A stretch of DNA of 64,000 nucleotides from the human T2T-CHM13v2.0 reference genome, Homo sapiens. Each line of letters begins with the position of its first letter. Within the stretch, counting starts at the first letter, position 1. The notes under the pieces were generated by a model that had not been told where the DNA came from, searched no databases, and saw nothing but the letters and a program-made list of their open reading frames with translations. Positions 51,831 through 64,000 of this stretch are shown piece after piece. The stretch lies in assembly GCF_009914755.1 (NCBI RefSeq), contig NC_060927.1; one strand, 5' to 3'. The translations under genes and the position numbers were made by a program.

Positions 51831-52124
51831 GTGAATGGTCCAGCTTAGGTCAGAGGTACAGTTTCCACGTCCCCACCCCCACCCCCGCCCCGTCAACAAA
51901 ACAGCTCTGCCCTGTAAGCCTGTGGGTGTGGGTGAAGGTGGAAGTGGGTCGGAAGAGGCTGCGGGCTCCACTTTGCCAGGAGTGTAGGGGGAAGGGCTGA
52001 GTTGAGGAAACAATGGGTCTAGCACTTCTGCTGACCTTGTTTTCAGAAACAACCACAGGGCCTCTGGCCCCAGTGGAACTTGACTCATAAAGGCGAGAGA
52101 CTTGACTATTGAAAAAGGTCTCCT

Positions 52125-52285
52125 ATGAAATCTGAATTTCACTTAATCCTCAGAACAACTGTTGAGGGGGTTGTTACTACTCCCATTTTAAGACGCGGGC
52201 TGTAGAGAGGGTAACCACCCTGTCCACATTCACACAGCGAACACGTGGTGGGGCAGGGCTCAAGTCCAGGCGATTCCAAAGTCCC
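52125..52285 (-). mobile_element. MIR at the edge of the CpG island
   Basis: TTAATCCTCAGAACAAC..TGAGG..CCCATTTTAAGA..AGAGAGGGTAA..TCACACAGC. Confidence 0.65.
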
Positions 52286-53400
52286 CCCGTGCTGTTTGCG
52301 CCACGCGGTGCTCCCACCAAGCCCACTCCGCGGGGAGAAAAACCATAGGCCTCGGAGGAGGAGCGGCTCCTCGCAGTGGGGTGGGGCAGAGGCCAGCATG
52401 AGGCCTTGTTCACTGGAGGATTCCACAGGCCTGGAACGGAAAGAATGAGAGCTCTGCAGGCAGGCAGAGCCCAGGGCGCCCAGTGCCCCCAGGCTGCGAC
52501 AGCCAAGTCGGTGGGCGCGCATGGCGGGGCTTGAAGGAAAGGTCCAGAGCCGGTGGGAAAGGCCACGCCCCGGGGTAGAGCGCTTCCTTCCAGATCCCGG
52601 CCTTTAACTGCAATTCCGTTTTAAGGGCAACCCTGCCCGGTTCACACCTAGCCTTGAAGATGACAGATTGCACTGTGAGCAATTTGCAGGGTGAGAACGG
52701 GAGCCTACGACTCCGCACCTGCACTGCCAGAGCCATAAATGCAGCAAATCATGGCCTATAAAATGTCACCACTGCTGAAGTGCAATTTTCCAGGGGTCTT
52801 CTGCAGAGGGAACTCCACCACGGAGAGCGACCCTCGGCTCTGCAGCCTAAGAGGAAGGCCCCTGCAGGGTGGGGGAGGGAACAGGGAGGTCTTCCTCCCC
52901 ATCCCCTTCGTGCCACTGCTCCCCCCTTTGTGACCCCACTCTGCCACGTGGTAAAAGCTTCCGGGGGGAGGCATTAGTTATTTCTGTCTGAGGAGTTTTT
53001 GACCAAACGTAAACATCAGAGGAGCGGGAACCCGAGCCCCGCCTGGGCTGGGCGGCAGCGACCCCGACGCCGCGGCGGCAGAGCCGGAGCTCGAAGCAGC
53101 CGCCGCTGTTGCGAGCCGCCCCTCCCCCGCCAGGCTGGCGAGCCCATTTTCGCTTGGCCGGTCTCCGCGCTGCCGGATGGATTGCGCCCCACCCCCGCTC
53201 CTCTGCTCAGTCATTCAGACTTGGAAAGTCAATAACACGCTGACATCATCAGGGGTTTGTGTATTATTACACGGCTACTTTCCAGAGTACCTGGCATTAT
53301 CTAAGAGAGGAGCACTCCGGCTGCCCAAGAAAGGGCCTGAACTGGGAGCTTGGCGGCCTCGGGGAGGGGCGGCTGCTCAGAGCCAGGCCTTTCCCTAGTG
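52190..53400. promoter_or_regulatory. CpG island / candidate promoter or strong enhancer
   Basis: GC- and CpG-rich (clusters 52190-52720 and 53000-53400); GC boxes, CACGTG 52242 and 52945, TATAAAA 52757, ARE-like TGCTCAGTCAT 53204. Confidence 0.8.
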
Positions 53401-53673
53401 GGGAGGGCATCTGCAAGGCACAAATTAGAAACAGACTATGAGCTTTTGCTTCACTAAATGCAGATGCACTTTAGATATCGATACATGCTTCATTTTGCCT
53501 TCGGGTGCACTTATAAATCATCCTTAAGTGACCTCTATTTCTACCAAAGACATCCACTTGGTCTTTAAGAAGCATTCTTAGTGATCCTCACAAAGGAAAA
53601 AAAAAAAAAGGAGATATCTTCTGTGACAGGAAGCCAAAGGCTGATTTTCTTTTTTTTTTTTTTGAGACTCTTG

Positions 53674-53676
<3 letters not shown>

Positions 53677-53716
<40 letters not shown>

Positions 53717-53730
53717 CGCGCGCGCGCGCG
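53677..53730. repeat. (TG)16(CG)11 alternating purine-pyrimidine tract
   Basis: Directly visible. Confidence 0.98.
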
Positions 53731-54113
53731 ATTCTCTGTTATGTAATCGCCATCACGGGTGATTAGGTCTTCTAGGTCTTTCCCTCCAGGGCTGAACTGG
53801 ATGGTTTGGTTGCTGTGTTTTTCTTAAGCCTCACACAGGGCAAACACACATGAAAAACATGTCCCAGATTTATGGCGCAAAACTGCTCTCCAAGCAAATT
53901 GCCTTAGAAGACTGTCTCGGTTTTGGAGGAAGGAAATAGATGAATTTGTTGCTAATTAAGACTCCTTATCTTACTACTCTGGCATTTCCTTTTTTCTAGA
54001 ACGAATTTTTAAAAATAATTTTATGTAGTTTAGATGTTCCCTCCCTTCCCCCTTGCTGTAATGGTACTTGAAATAGCTTAAATAACTAATTGTATAGACA
54101 ACTGTACTTTTGT

Positions 54114-54116
<3 letters not shown>

Positions 54117-54146
<30 letters not shown>
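54117..54146. repeat. (AC)15 microsatellite
   Basis: Directly visible. Confidence 0.98.
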
Positions 54147-54147
<1 letters not shown>

Positions 54148-55597
54148 AGTTAACGTGAAAGGCAGTAACTCATACAACATGGTACCTTTTCTGTTTGGCC
54201 ATACAGACTGTTTCCTTCTTTACACACACAGGGCTGATCTCATTTAAATTCTCTTAGCATCTTAAATTGCAAAAAATGGCAGCCAGCTGAAAACTGGCTA
54301 CCTGGAGAATTACAAGGGGAGAGAGCTGTTCTTTGGCCTCATCTTAATCTCTCTGTACCTCAAGCAGGGAGTCCATCTCTGATAAAAGTCTTTAGAGCTC
54401 CCCAGGAGGAAGCGAAGCAGACATGTTTTTCAACAATGTAACAATTTCCCTATGTGTACTTGATCATTTCGGGAGAACTTGTAGTAGATTATGACTACTT
54501 CCCTCCAGATGGTCTGACGGAAAAACTCTCCCACCAGACTTGCACTTCTAAAATCACTTCCCCAGGCCTGGCCCTCCCACCCCACCCCCATTTCCCCTTT
54601 CGGAGGTGCAGGCAGCTGGGGAGGCCTGGAACACCAGACCTCCAAGATGGCCCAGCATGTGTTGAGTCTGGAGGCTGAAGCTGCTGAAGTGGGGAAGGGT
54701 CGGGGCACTCGCCTCCAACTGGGAGCTATTTACCTAGGGGGTTTCCCTCAGCTCAGAGAGGAGCATGCAGACCTGACAGTCTGTCTTTTTGGTTCTCAAG
54801 ATGAAGAAACTCTTCAGTCTCTAAGCACTTCCGGTTTTTAGCCCAGCTGACCCTCTCGTCTTTGCCTTAGCCTCTCCCAGACACAACTGCCTACTATAGG
54901 GATCCGTGCTAGGGAAGGACGTGGGCCACCTTGCTTTGGGTGCTGAGCTTCGGCAGCGGGCAACGGACTTCCTACCCTAGAGTTTCTGCCTAAGCAGGGG
55001 AGGACAAAGTCTGGAGGATCAGCTTGGATAGAACCTGATAAGTAGGAGGCAGGCTACCAGTTGCCAAAGTTCAGCACCCCTAACTAGAGGCTGACAAGGT
55101 TCTTTGCCTAGCAAGGAACCTTATATTTGGCAGAGGAGGAGAGAATTCAGTGAAGAAGAGCCATGTTGGGGGGATGGAGGAGCAGGAGTCTCTGCCCTGG
55201 ACAAGCTCAGTGTGTTGGAACAGGTAGACACAGAAATGACCGCCTGAGAGCATGCCCTCTGCCCTTCAGTGAGGGCCTCTAAGGGGCTGGTCCTCCTGTG
55301 CTGTGGGAGGGAGAAGGAACTCCAGGTGACCGTGGCATCAGGCTATTCCTCCCACAGCTGGCCCTGGAGGAACCCTGGTAATCTGATGGGCTAGGAGCGG
55401 TCCTCCGGGAGTGACATTATTTCCCCCGTTCCTCTGGTTCTTTACTGCCAAATATTTGTCAGCTGGAAAGAACTGGTTGCATTTTGATTCATAGGCTTGT
55501 CTCTTTCAGGCGGTCCATGTGACGATTCTAGACACGGAGATTCAGTTATCAAATACAGCATCCTCCAGTGGTCCGCTTGCTTTGATGAAGACCACAG

Positions 55598-55858
55598 CAA
55601 TGCTTCTTAAACTGTCATGGGCAAGATTTTTAATCTACTGCCCACTGATATTTTTGTTTCTAAAAAATTAGGGAAATAAAACAGATGTATAAGATACAAG
55701 CCAATTTTTTATTATTAGATTCAGAAAATTACATGACAAAATTACCCTGTCAAACTGTTATGGCTATTTCTAAGTGTTATTCTCAGTTGCTATGCACATC
55801 TCATTGTGGAATGCAAGAAACAGTTGTTGAACCTGGGACCACACTTCCAGTTGCACTG
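55598..55858. mobile_element. Non-autonomous hAT-Charlie element
   Basis: Imperfect terminal inverted repeats CAATGCTTCTTAAACT / CACTTCCAGTTGCACTG; internal TTTTTTATTATTAGATTCA motif. Confidence 0.6.
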
Positions 55859-56589
55859 GTGCAGACATTGAACGTGGATTTAGCTCCCATTTGTATTTAG
55901 GTTAGCCTGAACAGTTGTTTTTAGAAAAGTTGGATTAAAAATCCAGAGGATTCACAGGAAAATCCAGCTTTTCCTGAAAAGTAAAAAGCTGCAGGCAACA
56001 GAAGCCTTGTCAACAATTGGGTGGGGCTGGATAGCAGCTGCCCCTTTGAAACCCGGCACACAGCCTTCTGTTGCCTACAATTCCAGCCTCTCCCTCTTTT
56101 CTCACCCATAGGCAGGTTCCCTCATTTAAGCTACTTGCTTGACTGCAGAAAGCATTTGAATCTGTGTATACCTTAGCAGGATATCCACTTGAAATGAGCT
56201 GCTTCAGTATTTTTCTAGCCTCCCCACAGGGAAAGACCACTCTGCAAAGGTCAACGGAACCCATCCAGTGTGGTTCCGAGACTGGAGGCTGTAGTGTAGT
56301 ACAGAGTTGCTGTGAATCACTGGGTGTCCTAGATATTCTCTAGATAAGTGGATCATATACTTCACATCTATATGGGTTAAAATCTTTAGATGCTATTTTG
56401 ATGAATATAACAATTCATTTAATAATTTTAAGTGTTACTGAATACCTACTAGTTTGTTTTTTTGTTACTTGATTTTTCTTGGTTAATAGGTATAGAAAGT
56501 AAAACTATGACTGCTTTTATTTTTAAAATGTTCAAGAAGGGATACTTCCTTATGAAAAGGTTAGGGGACTGCTATTCCATATTAGTTGT

Positions 56590-57700
<1,111 letters not shown>

Positions 57701-57708
57701 TACATTGA

Positions 57709-57960
57709 TTTTTTTTTGAGGCAGTGTCTTGCTCTGTCACCCAGGCTGGAGTGCCGTGGCGCCATCCTGGCTTACTGCACCCTGGCTCAAGTCATCCTCC
57801 ACCTCAACCTCCCAAGTAGCTGGGACTACAGCTATATGCCACTGCAGCAGGCTAATCTTTATATCTTTTGTAGAGACAGGATTTTGCCATGTTGCCCAGG
57901 CTGGTCACGAACTCCTGGACTCAAGCGATCTGCCTGCCCCATGAGCCATCATGCCTGGCC
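57709..57960 (-). mobile_element. AluJ with internal deletions
   Basis: CTCAAGTCATCCTCC, CATGTTGCCCAGG, GGACTCAAGCGATC. Confidence 0.88.
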
Positions 57961-58710
57961 ATCTCCACACTGATTCTGAGACCTAATTCTTCCTTTGCTG
58001 GTGCTCATGGTTGGGGCCATGCACCACAGTAAGATTTGGAGTGTGTCCAAGGTATGCATTTCTTCAGTAAAGTAGAAGGCAGGAGATAAAGAGGTCACCT
58101 TGATGTTAAGCTCTTTCTCAGACAGTTACACATATAAGTTGAGGAAATTGATTCCCTTAAAAGTGGACTTTTCTGTGTATCCCTTGGAAAGTCTTCATGC
58201 ATCCACAGTTTGAAGACGGCTGTCCTAGAAAAAAGTCAGTTCTGGGTTCTTGCAGTAAACAGGAAAGAAGTGGAGGTCAATGTAGCCAGTGATTGTACTA
58301 ATAACACATTATGTTTGAATTGTCGGCCCAGATGTATTTTGTGGCCCATTCTATGGGAGCTTAGGAACTGCGAAGGGGATCTTTCCCGGGAGCCTCTGGC
58401 TCCTCGTGGGGCTGCTGGTGGTTGGTGGCTAGACTAGCATTTACAGCACTGGCCTTTCTCATAGTTACCGTTTGGCTCAGGATGTCATTAGCTTGGTTCT
58501 TCCTTTTCCACTGAGATAATTTCAGTGAGAATAACCTGGACATGGTTGTGCTCCTCTTCACCCCACCCTTTCCCTCTACCATAGACTGAGTTGAAGAACT
58601 ACTCCTATTCCTTCCTAGGTATGGTCAGCTGTCTCTCCTCACCCTTCATTCCCCATTGCACAAACCACCTTCTCAGGTTGTTGTTGTTTGGAAGAAGATA
58701 GTTCAAAGCG

Positions 58711-59709
<999 letters not shown>

Positions 59710-59865
59710 CGCCCTTTTGTTCTTTACTTGTATTTTCTTCTTTGTAGTTCTGGGGCTTTGCAAGAATTTCCAATATGAGCTAAAGCAGCCTCTGGAGGGT
59801 AAGCCGGTCTTCCGTGCTCCTGGCTATTTAATCTGTTCTCACCAATGAGAATACTGAGGGCTTTA

Positions 59866-60191
<326 letters not shown>

Positions 60192-60576
60192 TCACCTTAG
60201 GGATTTGGGCTCCATTTTAGGGTGTACCTGAGAAATTCAGTCTAGGACACTTAAAATAATTTTAAATCAAATGTATTCTCTTAGATGGTGATTGGAGAGG
60301 ATGAGATCACTGGAGGCTGTATACAAAGAGAAGAGAGACAGAAAACAAAACCCAGGGATCATATTAAACTAATACTTAAAAGGATCATCAGCAAAAGAGA
60401 TTGGGAAGAAATAGCCAGAGAAGAAGACAGAAAACCAGGAATTTTTTGTTTGTTTGTTTGCTTTTTTTTTTTATTTTTTGCAAGGATGTTAAGGGTAGTA
60501 AGAGAATTCAACAGTGTGAAAACAGCTAACAGATCACAGAAATAAACCGTTGGTTCTGGCCTAAGGGGATGAGTAG

Positions 60577-61155
<579 letters not shown>

Positions 61156-61388
61156 TAATAGTGGAAAGTGGGAGAAAATGTCAGAAAGGTTGCAATCTAG
61201 AGGGGAGTAAAATTTATGATGCATTGAAAGTCTCCCCCACTTCCTTTTACATGAGGATGAGAGAATAGAATGTGGAAACGAATATGTCTCCATCATCGCA
61301 CTCACAGGGTGGTTTTCTGTTTAATTTGCTCACTAGTTTTCGAGCTATTGCAGGGGCACTTCACATATTTAGCTCTGTATTTCCACTT

Positions 61389-61685
61389 TTTTTTTTTTTT
61401 TTTAGATGGAGTCTCACTCTGTTGCCCAGGCTGGAGTGAAGTGGCATGATCTCTGCTCACTGCAGCCTCCGCCTTCCGGGTTTATGTGATTCTGCCTTCT
61501 CAGCCTCCTGAGTAGCTAGGCTATAGGCATGCACCACCACACCCGGTTAATTTTTTTGTAATTTTAATAGAGATGGAGTTTCACCATGTTGGCCAGGCTA
61601 GTCTGGAACTCCTGATCTCAGGCGATCTGCCCACCTCAGCCTCCCAAAGTGCTGGAATTACAGGCATGAGCTACCGCGCCTGGCC
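61389..61685 (-). mobile_element. AluS
   Basis: Antisense dimer; TSD TGTATTTCCACTT. Confidence 0.95.
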
Positions 61686-61700
61686 TGTATTTCCACTTCT

Positions 61701-62014
<314 letters not shown>

Positions 62015-62127
62015 GTATTTCCACTTCTTAACTCAACTTCTGCACTTAGTAGGCATTATGATTAGTGAGTATAATTTTAGTATTTATTGATGCAATCAAA
62101 GTTATTTTTTTAAAAACAAAAGGGTAG

Positions 62128-62448
<321 letters not shown>

Positions 62449-62506
62449 TAGGCTCCATTTGTAAGACAAACAACGACAACAACAACAACAAAAACAACCC
62501 ACCGTG

Positions 62507-62921
<415 letters not shown>

Positions 62922-63719
62922 CTAATTTCTCCATATGCATGACAGTCAATCAATCATCAATCAATCAGGAAACAACCCAGGTGCATTATTAAGTGGCTTC
63001 ACTTTTCAGGTCAGCTGTGCTGGGTTGGCTGCATACAAACATGATTTTAAATTTCTTATTTCCACAGAGAAATTCAAAGACCTACAGTTTATGTATTCAG
63101 AATCCTCATGATGTAGACACACTACTCAAAATACATTGTAGAGATATTAAGAAATACAAGTCACAAGACCAATACAAAATATTAGATGTTCTCCCCCAAA
63201 TTCTTTAGCTTGGGATTTGTTTTTGTTTGCCACGTAGCTTTACTATTGCAGAACAGTTTTGTGATGTGCCTCTTCTTCTAGGACGTGGATTTGTTAAGAA
63301 TCTGCCGCAGTAAGAATATAGGCAGCTATATAAACTGTCCAAGTGAGAACTCCCTTGGTCCAAAAGATTGTCAGCTGTTTTAATTGAATCCATTTATTAG
63401 CCTGTCTCATCAGCACATGCTCCTAAGATTGTGTACAAGAATATGAATACATATCCAGGGCTAGACAATTCATGATTTTGTTATTAAAAGAAAGTCACTG
63501 GTAGAATTCCATCCATAAATATTTGACTAGAATTACAGAGGGACTGGCAGGCTGCATTCATTCAAATTGGCTTTACTGGTCAACTTTTCAGTTGAAGCCT
63601 GTGAGACATTTGCCAAAAAATGAGTGAAAAATCAAGCTCTATCCCAAAGTGTAACTTGGAAGTATCCTAACTATTTGTAGGGCAGGTCTTTAGCTGGTAA
63701 CCCGACCTGGTCAATTCCT

Positions 63720-63960
63720 TTCTAAAATAGCCCCTGCATCTGTCTCATTTTCTTCATTACTTCTATTACCAGCTGATCCAAGCCTTTATATCTCACCAAG
63801 CAGTTACTGCAACAGTTGCCAACTGGTCCCTGTGCTTCCAGGCTCTCCCAACTTCAATTCAAACTCTGTCAAGGGGACGTTTTTTTAGATCACCACTCCC
63901 CCTTGTTCATTTCTTTGTTTAAAAATCTAAGTGCAAATTCTGGTATATTGTGATTAACGC
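63720..63960 (+). mobile_element. L2 fragment
   Basis: TCCAAGCC..ATCTC..TTACTGCAACAG..AACTGGTC. Confidence 0.6.
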
Positions 63961-64000
63961 TTAAGAATGCCTGTCTTTGAGAGGAAGGTGTTATAATATT

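Noticed and set aside
52295-52312. CTCF site
   Set aside because: Only a partial match with mismatches in the core
52978-53235. Ala/Ser- or Arg-rich ORFs in the CpG island as a coding first exon
   Set aside because: Stop-poor frames are expected in GC-rich DNA; no splice donor or recognisable protein

Overview
Human genomic DNA (a human-specific AluYb8 is present), non-coding and repeat-rich. I count about 55 Alu elements or fragments (roughly a quarter of the window), plus old L1M, L2, MIR, MaLR/ERVL LTRs, hAT-Charlie DNA transposon relics, a MamSINE1-like element and a decayed ERV-L provirus (3' LTR plus pol remnant, about 16.6-22.0 kb, minus strand). No protein-coding exon or RNA gene can be supported; the supplied ORFs are mostly Alu, L1 or simple-repeat translations. 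The main functional-looking feature is an Alu-free regulatory domain at about 50.1-57.0 kb with ETS/AP-1 sites, G4 motifs, a CpG island (about 52.2-53.4 kb) with a TATA box, GC boxes and an ARE, and a (TG)16(CG)11 Z-DNA-type tract. A second enhancer-like patch at about 15.8-16.5 kb carries a perfect ERSE-II motif. The first 1.5 kb may be the 3' end of an upstream gene. I could not name the locus and found no convincing novel biological system; the findings are regulatory candidates and retrotransposition oddities. Repeat family and subfamily names are from recall of consensus sequences, not from alignment, and boundaries of old repeats are approximate.
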